A DNA stretch of 63,857 nucleotides, counting the filler, from Octopus bimaculoides (Eukaryota), in assembly GCF_001194135.2 (NCBI RefSeq). It is 5 parts of 5 records of this genome, joined end to end, with 100 filler letters (N's around TTAATTAATTAA, not from the genome) between each part and the next. Parts side by side here need not be neighbours in the genome. Positions count along the whole stretch, not along the records: positions 1 to 22,166 come from NC_068981.1; 4 more parts are not named here. One strand, given 5' to 3'. Below, piece after piece: positions 1 to 12,560 of the stretch. The stretch's first letter is position 1. Each line of letters starts with the position of its first letter. The notes under the pieces were generated by a model. It did no database searches. It worked only from the letters and a program-made list of their open reading frames with translations, and had not been told where the DNA came from. A program made the translations under genes and the position numbers.

Positions 1-42
<42 letters not shown>

Positions 43-377
43 ATTAAAGTATACAGTACTATAAATCATTACAGCCAATCTTACAAATCAATTTCACATC
101 TGATATTAGGTAACTGGACAGTTATCTAATATATGTGCTCCTCAGGGATAGTAGGTAAGGTAAAAAATAACCACCATATTATTTTTTTTATCTCGGAAGA
201 GCACATGTATTCGATAACTGCCTAAATTATCTAATATCTGATGCAAAACCAATATGCAAGGTCAGCTGTAATGGATCTATAATACTGTATACTTTGATTA
301 ATATATCCACTGACTGACAAATATACAAGTGCCTATTTTTTCTGATATCGACTCTTGGATAACTTAATATAGATAGT

Positions 378-750
378 GTTATTAATTATTATCATTATTA
401 AAATGAATAATAACTACAATAATATAAGTGGCCAGTAAACAAAAGCTGATAAATGGCAAATCCAAAATTTTATAATTAATTTATAATTATAATATGGCAT
501 ATGAGGTGCGAGCATTGCCGTGAAAATCAAAGTTGAAAAATCCTCTTGTGCTTGTTACATTTCCAGTGGTTGGTGGTCTTTTTCAGAGGATTTTTCAACT
601 TTGACTTTCACAGCAATGTTGGCACCTCATGTATCCTATTATGATTATAAATTAATTATAAAATTTTGGAGTTGTCATTTATCAGCTTTTACTTGCTGGT
701 CGCTTATATTATTGTCGTTATTATTCATTTTACTAATAATAATTAATAAT
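378..750. mobile_element. AT-rich foldback (palindromic) MITE-like element
   Basis: Arm ~378-547 is the imperfect reverse complement of ~586-750 (e.g. AAAGTTGAAAAATCCTCT vs AGAGGATTTTTCAACTTT) around a ~40-bp spacer. A partial second copy of spacer plus right arm lies at ~1015-1130. Confidence 0.6.
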
Positions 751-1329
751 AATATCTGTATAAATATTTTCGAATATTTATTCATTTAGTAATTTTATAC
801 ACTGGCACCAATTTTGAATTTGGCGCTAGCTTTTCAACAGTTACCAAGTACAGAAAAACAAGCAAAGTTATATATATAGTGAGACCTGTTGATGAGAATT
901 AAGGGAGGTAAGCTCTCAAAATTTCAAATCAATTGATCCAGGGATGTCTATTTCCTCAGCCTACAGCTTTCTACCGAGATGGTAAGTTAGTTTCTTTGCT
1001 CGTAGCCCAATTTCTGTTGTGCCTGTTACATTTCCAGTGATTGGTGTTTTTTTAGAGGATTTTTCAACTCTGATTTTTTTCACAGCAATACTGGCACCTC
1101 CTGTGCTCTATTATGATTATAAAATTTTATATATATGTATATATATATATATATATANNNNNNNNNNTATGTATATATTTACACACACACACACACACAC
1201 ATACATGCATACACTCATACATACATATACAGATAGACAAACAGACAGATGCATATTGTGTATCCTCATCATTGTATAAATAACCACATTTCCATGCTTG
1301 CATGGGTCAGATGAAATTAATTGAGGCAG

Positions 1330-1745
1330 ATTTTTTACAGTTGAATGCCTTTCCTTCCACCAACACACATTTGATTGTGGAACTTATGACAACCTTATTG
1401 AGGACACAACTTAAAAATTTAAATTGGGACAAATTTTTACTATGAAAAATACATATTACTTGTTCTTCAAAAAATTTAATATATGCCATCAAACGCAAAG
1501 GATGCAAAGAAGATTGCTTTGAACAAACTAAACTCACTTTAAGAATGAGATTAGCAATTCATCATCAATAAATACAAGATACTAGAAAAATTCCACTTAG
1601 TGAACATCTAGACATGTGTGAAAACCAAATCTTCCAAATTTCTTATTTTCCAACTCAATCAATGTGCAGACAATACTATAGATCAGACAAGAATAAATAA
1701 GAAAAATTTGTTTATTCAAAAACAGAATCCATGGCTGAACAGGCT
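1330..1745 (+). mobile_element. Degenerate Penelope-like element GIY-YIG endonuclease fragment (Neptune-like)
   Basis: Translation from 1455: ITCSSKNLIYAIKRKGCKEDCFEQTKLTLRMRLAIHHQ*IQDTRKIPLSEHLDMC. This fits the PLE pattern C.S.N.IY.I.C..C...YIG.T...LR.R...H...I....P.S.H, with an in-frame stop. Confidence 0.65.
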
Positions 1746-3039
1746 AGAAAAAACATCAATAATACATGATTCACCTTTTATTATGAAGTAATAATCTAGA
1801 AATATATGATGTATGTCTACTTGCACATTTTCTTAAGAAAACCAAAATTCTTATAGCAGCTATTATCTATCTTATTTACTCCACACCTTGTTATCTTACT
1901 TACCTCACAATTAGTTAGCAAAGAGATATGTTTTAACATATTCAACGGAAGTAAACTAGCACTAATTGATAACATTATTCTTCAACAGAATAATACACAA
2001 TAATCATCTAACACTTTTATGTAAACAATCGTTATATTTTTAAAACTTAAAATACTTATCATTCCTGACATAAAATGAAAGAAAAAACACAGTAAAATGC
2101 AGTCCGATATGACAGGCCTATGAAGAGCCAGGGTGTCAGGATAACAAAAATGACCAAGAGAGAAATTGTGCTAGTTTGTGGTACAGCTGCTATTAGGGGA
2201 TGCTGCTCTTATAGAAAGGTGCTCACATGTCATTTTACTTGCTAAGGCTGGATTCCATTCCTATTGCTAACTGCTCTTCACTATGCACATTGTATATTTT
2301 TCATGATACTAAAACTATAGAGGTTACCACATTCTCTAGTCACTTTCTATGGATTGCATGATTTCATGATTTGGTGGTCCTTCATCATGCACCTGCATAG
2401 GAGGTGGGGAAAGTTGCTTTGTACACAGGAAATGTAGAGAGTACTCAATAACTTAAGATTTGTGGACTGAGGAAGACAACAGAATGCAAGAGAGAGTGCT
2501 GACAGCTACTCAGTCAGAAATAGGTGATAAGACCATAATTGTAAGCAAAGACAGTACTTAAATTCCTGGAACTTTGCTCAGGAGACCAAGTGGGTGATTA
2601 GGAACGACATCAATGACATCAGAATAAACCAAAATGAGTGCATGGGAAGAGCAGGAGTGTATATGATAAGAGGCAGATTTTCTTGTATAGTCAAGAAGTG
2701 GAAAAACGCAAGGGTTGATGATGAAATTGAACAAAGAGTAAGTGATGTGTGGCAACAGATGTGACCTAGAATGGGAGAGAGTGAATACTGGGACAAGGAC
2801 AAAGCTATGGTATATTGGGTGCAGTCCGATGCAGTCTGTTATGATAGGCCTATGAAGAGCAAGGGTGTCAGGAGAACAGAAATGGCCTAGAGAGAAATTG
2901 TGCTGGTTTGTGGTACAGAATGAAGTTAAAGTGCATTGGGTAGAGAGCTGACAGTGGTTTGATGAAGTCTCTTATACATAGGCCTATGATGGTTGAAGGG
3001 ATTAGGGTGAGGAAAAGTAATGATGATGATGATGATGAT

Positions 3040-3500
3040 CATCATCATCGTTTAACGTCCGCTTTCCATGCTGGCATGGGTTGGACGATTTGACTGAGGA
3101 CTGGTGAAACCAGATGGCAACACCAGGCTCCAATCTAATTTGGCAGAGTTTCTACAGCTGGATGCCCTTCCTAACACCAACCACTCAGAGAGTGTAGTGG
3201 GTGCTTTTACGTGTCACCCGCACGAAAACGGCCACGCTCGAAATGGTGTCTTTTATGTGCCACCCGCACAAGAGCCAGTCCAGGGGCACTGGCAACGATC
3301 TCACTTGAAAACCCTACAAAGTCCAGTCAGGCGGTACTGGCAACAGTCACGCTCAAGATGGTACATCTTATGTGCCACCCGCACAAGAGCCAGTCCAGGG
3401 GCACTGGCAACGATCTCACTTGGCTTGCCGGGTCTTCTCACGCACAGCACATTTCCAAAGGTCTCGGTCAGTAGTCATCGCCTCGGTGAGGCCCAATGTT
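3040..3500 (+). mobile_element. SINE/RTE-associated repeat with internal 50-bp duplication
   Basis: Starts TTTAACGTCCGCTTTCCATGCTGGCATGGGTTGGACG next to (GAT)n/(CAT)n. GTGCCACCCGCACAAGAGCCAGTCCAGGGGCACTGGCAACGATCTCACTT occurs twice (~3256, ~3372). A related reverse-complement copy lies at ~38280-38515. Confidence 0.7.
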
Positions 3501-3709
3501 CGATGTGCTCAATATAGGTGGTGGGGAGATATATTAGAGACAGGGTGCTATGAGTGAGAAGGGTGAGGAATAAGTAGAAGAAAAGTTAGTAACAGTGTGC
3601 AGAGTGAGGAAGTCAGCAGATTGTTGGATTAGCAGGGTATAAAATATTTCAGCTTCTAAGCGATATCCTTGTGTTAAGGTATGTTTTTGCCATTGGTTAG
3701 ATCTTCTAT

Positions 3710-4518
3710 AGTATGCATCCACAACCACCAGGCCATAGATCCTCTGGTAAGAAGCTGCACAGAAAGAATAAATTAAAAAAATTTCTTTCTATTTTATTAA
3801 CTATCACTGCAAGGTGTTTTTGCATTATATATCTATTATACAGGATGTTCAAAAAGTCTCTCCACAGTAAGTATTTTATTGCAAAATAAATATTTATAAG
3901 ATAGTATAAGACTACAAGAGAATATATTAGATTTTACAAGATTTTAAAAAACTTTATAAGAGGTGTTGAAAGTGTTGTCCTTAATTTTCAATACATAAGT
4001 TGACTCTTCTACACATGTTTTGAAATACATCTTGGAGAGTCTGACATGGTATGGACTGTGGGAAGTTTAGGATTGCATCTTTTAGTTCATTAATGGTTTC
4101 TGGGCGATTCTTGTAGACTGATCTTTTATTTGCTCCCCACCCCCAAAAAGTCTGGCAGTATTAAATCATGTGGCTAAAGTCCCTTCAAAATAATCCATTC
4201 ATCGAAAAACTCTTAAAGTAGCACCATGGTGATGTGCGAAGTATGTGCTGTAGCTCCATCTTGCTGAAATTATGCATTATTAATTTCACTTTCAGTGAGT
4301 TGGCCTACAATTGGATAGACACTATTTGAGCAATATCTCTGTGTTGATGGTATCTTCAAAAAATTCACTGCAGAGAGACTTTTGAACACCCTGTATATGT
4401 AATAATTAAATTACATATTCTGCACTTTGTGTTTTGTTATGCACATGGTCCGTAGGTCATGGAAAAATTGCTTTGCACAAAACTGGCCCTTTGGGGCAAA
4501 AACAGGTTAGGACTGCTG
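3710..4518. mobile_element. hAT/Charlie (MER5-like) MITE interrupted by a mariner derivative
   Basis: Flanks 3710-3838 and 4394-4518 join to match the uninterrupted copy at 11461-11705 (GCATTATATATGTAATAATTAAATT... GGACTGCTG end). Confidence 0.6.
3841..4393 (-). mobile_element. Tc1/mariner deletion derivative with transposase C-terminal remnant
   Basis: TIRs CAGGATGTTCAAAAAGTCTCT / AGAGACTTTTGAACACCCTG, with TA on both sides. Minus strand encodes FQQDGATAHTSH and ...YKNRPETINELKDAI-like segments. Confidence 0.8.
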
Positions 4519-5229
4519 TTCTACAGCACAGCATATCACCGATAAGTTTAGTCCTTTGTTATCTTCTCCATGATGGGTAATATCTTTATATCAGGTTTCT
4601 ATGCTTTCTCTTGAGTTTTCCTTGGTCTTGCCCTTCAAAAGGTTTCATTTACTTTGAGCAATAGACACGACATACAGCTGTCATCTTTCATATACATTAC
4701 ATGCTCACATCAGCACAGTTTTCTCTCTTCGCAGTAATACCTGATTCCTCTTATACCTGTTTTCTCTTACAGCTTATGCATATTCTGGTGTAATGCACAT
4801 TTACATTACATATTTATTAGAGCCTGTTTGCTTCATTTCTTTCTTACCTTTGCATCTGCCACATACAAAACTTATCTTCACTGTTAGCCTGCCTGAAATT
4901 TCACAACACCTCTTATGTAAACATAGTTTATGCTGGGTGCAGCATATGGAGTTCCTACCAATTCCTTCTCTGCACGTCAAGCAAGTGAGTTTCCCTGATA
5001 ATGCTGAAATCCTGTCTTCTTTCTTACATACTAAACATCTTAATCTTTGCTAAGTTTATCTTGAGGCCTTTCAATTCTAGGTTTTGCTTCATTGTCTGGA
5101 ATTTCCTAATCAATGGAAACCGGTGAATGTTGGTGACAGGTAGAGCATTTAGTCATAGAAAATCTGCCTCAACAAATTCCATCTGACTCAAGCAAGCATG
5201 GAAATGTGAATGTTAAATGATGAAGATGA

Positions 5230-5690
5230 ATACTGCTAAAGATAGATTCAGCTATAAAATCCAGATCATCAGCATATAGGAGTTCCTAAAGACAGCTAGT
5301 CATACACTCCTCTATGATGGACTGTAAAGATTATAATGAAGAAGCATGGTTTGAGGACCGAACCTTGGACACCTACCTTCATTCTAAATTCATCTCTGAA
5401 CTCATTGATGCCTCTCACTTTAATAACTGTACCTATGTACATAGCTGGTACAGTCCTCACAAGCTATTCATTTACAACTAGTTTCTTTAGAGACCACCAG
5501 ATAACAGAGCATGGCAACCTGTCAAAGGTTTTCTCCCAGTCAATAAATACCAGGTATTGTGGTTTGTTCTTAGCTAAGTTCTCCTGCAGTTGTCTCACTA
5601 AGAAGATTACATCTGTGGCACCTCTTCTAGGTCTAAAACCTAGCTGCATGTCATTGAATTAATCACTCAATTTGTGATTGTGATCTTCAT
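5230..5690 (-). mobile_element. RTE-clade LINE reverse transcriptase fragment
   Basis: ORF 5464-5649: QLGFRPRRGATDVIFLVRQLQENLAKNKPQYLVFIDWEKTFDRLP, matching the RT motif Q.GFR..R.T.D.IF..RQLQE.......L.FID.EKAFD. Confidence 0.85.
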
Positions 5691-6149
5691 AGCCGACTCC
5701 AACAATATGATGCCTCTATAATTTCCACTCCATAAACCATCTCCTCTGCCCTTATAGCAGTTTACAACAATACTACTACACAATTCATTGGATGTCACAC
5801 ATTTTTGGATTACTTGATTAAGTGTTCAGGTGACTATCATGTATCTTACTTTGCCAGATATTTTGAGCATCTCAGCAACTATTTCTGCTGGGCCACTAGC
5901 TTCCCCTACCTTCATGTTGTTGTTTTCTCTACCACATTGCTGATTATACTGGTTCCTCACTTTATCAACACGAAGCAGTTCCTCTTCATCCTAAGTATGC
6001 TCCTCATTCAACAACTTCTTATACTAACACTTCCATGCTTCTCTTTTGTCATCAACAGCAATGGTAAATATATCTTTATCATTTTATATACACTTCTTCC
6101 TAATGACATTTCAGTTCTACCTGACACTGTGCAGTCACTAAATATTCTT

Positions 6150-6840
6150 TCATTTTTACTTGTTTCAGTCATTTGACTGCAGCCATGTTGGAGTACCACC
6201 TTCCATTTTTTTTTTTTAGTTGAATAAATCAACCCCAGGACTTATTGTTTATAAGCTTAATACTTCTATTGGTCTCTTTTGCTGAACTGCTAAGTTACAG
6301 GGATGTAAACACACCAACATCAGTTGTCAAGTGATGGTGTGGGGACATAGACAGAGACACATAAATATATACACAATGGGTTTCTTTCAGTTTCCATCTA
6401 CCAAATCCACTCACAAAGGTTTGGCCAGAAGACACTTGCTGAAGGAGCCATGCAGTGCGACTGAACCTGGAAAGTAAGCATCTTACCACACGACCATACC
6501 TGTGTCTATATATATATATATATATATACACCTTTTACCTCTTTTAGTCATTAGATTATGGCTATGCTGGGGTACCATCTTGAATTTACTTATTTTTTAA
6601 GCCTGGTACTTATTCTATCAGTTTCTTTTGCCAAATCACCAAATTACAGATGAAAAAACATCAACACCAGTTGTCAAGCAGTGGTGGGGGACAAATACAC
6701 ACACATTTTTATGAGGGGCTTCTTTCAGTTTCTGTCTACCAAATCCACTGACAAGGTTTTGGTCATCCCAAGGCTATAACAGAAGACATTTCCCCAAGAT
6801 GCCATGTAGTTGGACTGAATCCTGAACCATGTGACTGGGA
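6150..6840 (-). mobile_element. Two adjacent tRNA-head SINE copies
   Basis: Both carry TTTCAGTTTC(C/T)(A/G)TCTACCAAATCCAC and the reverse complement of the tRNA-like head. The same family recurs at 14960, 19915, 25305 and 45590. Confidence 0.75.
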
Positions 6841-6954
6841 TATATATATATATATATACACATCTATTTTCGCATTCTTGTGAACTTTCTACTCATGCAC
6901 CCCGGGCAATCCTCTACCATTCCATTTATATTCACATCCTTGTACCTTGAGAGT

Positions 6955-7190
6955 GTGGAGGCGCAATGGCCCAGTGGTTAGGGCAGCGGACTCGCAGTTT
7001 CAATTCCTAGACCGAGCGTTGTGAGTGTTTGAGCGAAAACACCTAAAGTTCCATGAGGCTCCGGCAGGGGATGGTGGTGGCGAACTCTGCTGTACTCTTC
7101 TACCACAACTTTCTCTCACTCTTACTTCCTGTTTCTGTTGTGCCTGTAATTCAAAGGGCCAGTCATGCTGAATATCCCCGATATTTATCT
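6955..7190 (+). mobile_element. tRNA-derived SINE (second family)
   Basis: Head GGAGGCGCAATGGCCCAGTGGTTAGGGCAGCGGACTCGC with A-box, a B-box-like GTTTCAATTCC, and body ending GTGCCTGTAATTCAAAGGGCCAG. A related piece lies at ~29140-29345. Confidence 0.7.
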
Positions 7191-7627
7191 GGTTTAATCT
7201 TTTGGTTTGTTCAAGACATTTAGTGGTTTTCTCATTACTAAATGTTCTGTTATGCTTTACAATAATAACTTTAGGGTACAGATAATTATGAATTTATATA
7301 CCTATATTATGTGTGTGTGTGGTAAATGAAAAGGGATTCAGAAATCCAGGTGGTTGCCACAGTAAACACTCCTGCAAATACTGGATAACAGAGTGTATAG
7401 AAGGAAACAATACTTCAGTTGAAGAAAGATATTAATTTATTCATTTCATCATAAAGAGATGACTATGAGGTATATGTAATATGAATTAAAAATGCATAAG
7501 CATTGTTTATATTGATATTTTCCACTGTTAAAGGATTTATCTGACTTATGTTGTTGAAAGTCATAACCAAAGAATAAATGTGATACCGGTATCTACATTC
7601 TTTTACTTGTTACACACATTATAGATA

Positions 7628-7860
7628 CATGGTTGGTCAAAAGTCACCTGACAGTAAATCAAAACCATTTAATTCCAAGATTTATTTATGTTTAACAACT
7701 GAATGAATTTAATAAAAACATCTAAAAATGAAACATCATGAAAATTGTTCAAACTGAAGTCCTTCTTGAGCGACACATTTTTCCATTCGAGTCAATACAG
7801 AATTACAGATAGTATTTATGGAATTTTGATGTACTGTCAGGTGACTTTTGGCCAACCCTG
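7628..7860. mobile_element. Tc1/mariner-type MITE (233 bp)
   Basis: 29-bp TIRs CA(T/G)GGTTGG(T/C)CAAAAGTCACCTGACAGTA (27/29), with TA flanking both ends. Confidence 0.85.
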
Positions 7861-7924
7861 TATGTATATATATATACACACACACACACACACATATATA
7901 TATACATACACACACATGTAAGTA

Positions 7925-8005
<81 letters not shown>

Positions 8006-10379
8006 TTACCAACTGGAACAAAGAGACACGACTCAATAATTCCTAAATTTTAGAGAGAACACCATACATGGAGACTTCAAATCCTGTCAGAAACTAGTTA
8101 AATGCTAATGACAATTCAACTGATGATAATTATTCCTTCCTTTACATCTTCCAAAATTTGGGGCAACAGTGAAGTAATGACTACTTTTGATGGATTTTTT
8201 TCTCGATGTGGAAAATTATGCAATGCTTGTGTATGAAATTTACTTGTAGATATATATCATATTTAAGTTGAATGACTACATTTTCTAATACAATTAGGAA
8301 GGATGTGTGACTTCATTTACAAATATAAAAGTTTGAAGTAGAGATGGCTGCTAACTCTGGAAGCTAATCTTTGTTAGAATGTTTTACTGCAAGATCTGCT
8401 ACTATCACTAATTCTTGCATAGTTATTTGAAAAACACAGGTATGCAAGATATGTATGTATGAAAGACAATAGAATAACTGCAACTGTTGTAAATGATGAC
8501 TTTAGTTGTCCCTCACAAAATTTTACACAATTTTTGCTCAAAAAAGTAAAAATATTTTTATGCCTTTATATCGACCAAGGATGCATAGTATGTCAGGGAC
8601 AGGTAGTATCTTTGACAGGGGAACATATCAGCACCCAAATCTCACCTGTGGCTCCAAGTAGTTATTTGCATGTATTGATAGCCACAACCTAGCAAACTGC
8701 TTTGACTTGTGTGCTAAAAACCAGGTGAGGGTAGCCAATGGGTATGTAACTCTGGGTGAGTTAAGGCTTGTCTACTTATGCATTTGAAGACTGGATCCGG
8801 TGAATTCTGCAAAAGAAACCTTCATGGTCCAGCAAAGAGGAAGGCAGCTGCAGCAATGTATTGTGGTGTGTAGAGAGAAAGATGAGATAAGACATCTTGG
8901 TCATCCACTGCATCTATCTCCATCCCCAGTTGTCTTGCCAACAGACTGAAGACAGTCATGAATGAGAGAGCTAGATTGATGGTGTGCAACTTATTTTCAC
9001 TTTAAACAAAGTTACCACACAAGTCATCATTCATCTTTTATTCTCCTTGAATGACTAGACAATCCCTTTCAATCTGATGGACAAACATGTATGCTGAGTG
9101 CATTTGAACAAGCAGTGATCTTTCTTCATGCCAAATCAGCAACTTGGTTTCAATTCTCTGTTAAAGCCTATTAAAAGTTTAAAATATATGTAGTTGGTGT
9201 TTTGATGTTCCCATCATTAAATGTTAAGTGACTTCACTATAGTTTTACTTGCAGGTGACGTCTCTAAGCAATTTTATTTTCGTACACTAACCTATATACA
9301 AGCTTTTACATTTGATTATTTTGGCAAGTACAGTGACGAGGTCAAAAAATCACAAATATATCCAGAGCTGTCTCCAGGACTTGCCTAAAATTAAAAATAC
9401 AAGGTAGCCAATCGATAAGTAAAATTGTCCCCCACCCCCTCAGGTCATAATTATTTTAAGTTAGATTTTAAAATACTTTGCTACGTTAAATAAGCTAACT
9501 CTAATTTAATTAAGGTTTGAAAGTCGAAGGAGTGTCACAACGGAGAAACTGCTTTCCACACAGCAGCAAAACATTTTACACATTCTCGTTCCGTTAATCT
9601 TTATAGCAACCAAACCCTACATTACTACCTTATAGGAAAAAAAGACACATCGGACATACAAAACGATGAGATTGTCACGACTGGAATAACTGTGATCATA
9701 TGTCTGCTCGAGAGGTGATCCAAGGCTAAACAATAACCTGAAGTTCACGTGTTAACGAGGGAACCTCTGTACAGTTGCTCGACCCACTTGAAATAGCAGC
9801 CAAATAGCCTTCAAAGTCGCACATGACCTATCTTCAAAAAGGGCATATCAACTAATGTAATGCAAAATACATCCCTAAAAAAATAAACAAATAATAGACC
9901 AGATGGTCATTGATGGATGGCATGCTTTTGATAAGTTCGACAGGATATGGGACTATGCTGGAGTTGACCTTTCAACCTTTTACGTGTTCATATATTTGGG
10001 AACCTAATTCAATCGACTCACCTCTTCTAGCTACAAATAAGTATCGCAAGTGCCCATGAAGAAATTAATTTGTTCATGTGTATATATGTGCGTTGATCTA
10101 TTTGTTTGGCGTTATACCATTCACTGACTTCCCATCTAATCAGGTTTACGTAGTATGGCAAAGTTATGCTGATAAATAAGAGAAATGTGTCAAAAGCAGC
10201 GGAATATGTGTGTGTATTTTTTTAGAGTATGCGCATGTTTGTTCTAATTGAGTGTTTAAGTGGTTTAATATATTGTCAACTGTACACTGCTGCATCTTTT
10301 CTCCCACGTCTCCTTACACTGCATGCGTAATCGTAATTCCTGCGTGTTGCTACAGAGTGGGAGGAGAAGGTAGGCGTGG

Positions 10380-10556
10380 CCTCAACTATGACGTATTGTG
10401 ACGTTTGTTATCAAGTTTGTTTTGACTGAATTTTTCTTTTTCTTTTATTAATGGCGTCTCGGCAGCCGTTTCCTCTCGTGGCTGGTCACTAAGTTCGGTG
10501 ACAGATGTCGTTGATACTGTAACAGTAGTAGCACTAGTAATGGTATGATGGTGAGT
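10380..10556 (+). promoter_or_regulatory. Possible promoter/first exon ending in ATG|GTGAGT
   Basis: Non-repetitive, CpG-containing stretch with two TGACGT half-sites, TAATGGCG (YY1-like) and a consensus donor ATG|GTGAGT after 10550. No expression data. Confidence 0.3.
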
Positions 10557-11060
10557 TGGCAGAAAGGATAATGGGCTTGATGTTTCACAGGATTTTCTAT
10601 ACGTCTCTCTCTCTCTCTCTTTCTTTTTAAAAATTAAAATCCGGACTGAATTCATTTTCTTTATCAATAAAATAGAGTACTGGTCATGAATTGATTATGA
10701 TTCAGTTATCGTCGAAACAAATCGACATTGCTGATGTGATCACGATGACAATATTAGCAACGATTACGTTGTTGTTATTGTTGCTGTCGGTGATGGTAGT
10801 GGCGATAAGGAGGCTGACAGTGTCAGTCGGATAATATATTTCGAAAATTGGTCAATCAGTAGTATTTAAGAATCATTTCCTTTTACCGTGTGTATACGTC
10901 TTGGCCCGTGCAGACAGACGTACACGTATAAGCATTTATTAACAGATATAAGGCTGAGGCTTCACCTGTACCTGCTTAAAGGTGTATCTGATAAATGGCA
11001 TTAATTTTTAACATTGACACAAGGTCACCGATTTTCTGGAAGGCGTACACTGGATTATAT

Positions 11061-11189
11061 GGTACTATTTAAGATGGTTTTTTTTTTTAATCGTGGGTGC
11101 GAATCTACTGACTAGCGCGTGAGTGCAATGCGCGCGTCCGCTGACCAGTGCGGGTACGCGCATCGGACCCACTCTTCTTAAGTAGTACC
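11061..11189. mobile_element. 129-bp MITE with GG termini and 8-bp TSD (Merlin-like)
   Basis: TIR GGTACTA(T/C)TTAAGA(T/A)G (14/16). GATTATAT is duplicated at 11053-11060 and 11190-11197. Removing the element restores an RTE-tail SINE. Confidence 0.8.
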
Positions 11190-11460
11190 GATTATATTGG
11201 TCCCAATACTTAAACTGGTACTTTACTTGCTTTATCTAACACGGAAGTATGAAAGGCAAAACCGACCCTTGTGGGATTTGATCTCACAACGTAAGGGGAC
11301 GTAACAAAATATTGCAAGACTTTTGGGTGGAGCTCTACAAATTTCCTTCAGTCCTTCAAAAGCAATCTGATTCCATGATATAGATGAGGGAAAATTCATC
11401 ACGGGAACGTTCTGCACATTAAATGTAAGACACGGTAGGGTCTCATATAGGTATTATAGT

Positions 11461-11705
11461 GTCGGGGTCCCCAATCACCAAGCCGTAACTCATTTGGTAC
11501 CAAGCCACATAGAAACTCTAAATTTAAAAATTTTATTTCTAGTTTATTAACTATCGTAGTTTGTGGAGTGTTTTGCATTATATATGTAATAATTAAATTA
11601 TTTATTATACACTTTGTGTTTTGTCATAAATGTAATCCCCTAGTCTTTCGGAAAATTGCTTTGCATGAAACTGGTCCATAGTGCAAGGACGGTTGGGGAC
11701 TGCTG
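11461..11705. mobile_element. hAT/Charlie (MER5-like) MITE
   Basis: Ends CGGGGTCCCCAATC ... GGTTGGGGACTGCTG. TSD not resolved. Confidence 0.6.
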
Positions 11706-12289
11706 GTATATTGTATTGAAAAATTTTCAATCAATTGAGATTATCTAAGAGATAAGTAGAAAGGAAATTTAAAAACAAAAAAAAAACAAACGAAAGATAA
11801 CTCTAATATGATCAGTCAATGTAAAGTTTTGGACAATGCAGATTAGAATGAATTGTCTTTAAAGCTAACTGGTGAGAGCAAGACATATTTCCATCTTATT
11901 AAACCTCCTCAATAAAGTATACTCTGTTCATTTGGCAAGATAAGAATGATCAAGATATATAGGAATAAATGGAATATGGTGTGCTTGTTATAAATATCAA
12001 TTACAAGGTTGACAAGAAAAATACCTCAATGGAATATTATGCACACAAAATACAAATATGACAAAATCTCAGGCATCATAGTTAATTGAAAAACTTTGTT
12101 ATCCAAATCTAGTTCAAAATCTAAAAGCAAGGGAGATAATTCTAATAAGATCAATTGGTTGAAATTTTTAGACACCACAGATTGGAGTAGATCTGATCTT
12201 TAAAGTCAACTGTTGAATCTTTGATTGCCAAGTTTCCATGAGCAATCAGTATATTCAGAAATGAACTTGGTGTCCACCATCCTTTGGAG

Positions 12290-12560
12290 TCCATGCTTCA
12301 CACTCAAACAACACTACTGATGAGATTAAAGTTATTTAGCTTCATGCCTTTGTTGAAGGCACAGTCTCTCCATATTGTATTAAATGGCTTCAGAGCTGAA
12401 CTCCTGACATCAAGTCTTGCTCTGATTTCCTGGCTGAAATCTGATATTTGATCAACAATGGAGCCCAGGTACTTGAACTTGTCAACCAGGGTTAGTTTGA
12501 TCCCATGGAATTGTACAGTAAGCTGCTCTGGATCCTGGTTGATGGCCATGATCTTGGCCC
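12290..12560 (-). mobile_element. LINE RT C-terminal fragment (RTE-like)
   Basis: ORF 12304-12549: KLTLVDKFKYLGSIVDQISDFSQEIRARL...IW (the F.YLGS motif). Confidence 0.7.

Noticed and set aside
3256-3421. 50-bp direct repeats as CRISPR-like
   Set aside because: Only two units, inside a eukaryotic SINE, and no cas genes.
9388-10021. snoRNA in the putative lncRNA intron
   Set aside because: No C/D box pair with correct spacing and no H/ACA double hairpin could be found.
10386-10667. 93-aa minus-strand ORF as an exon
   Set aside because: It begins in a (GA)n tract, has a purine-rich acceptor context, and shows no recognisable domain.
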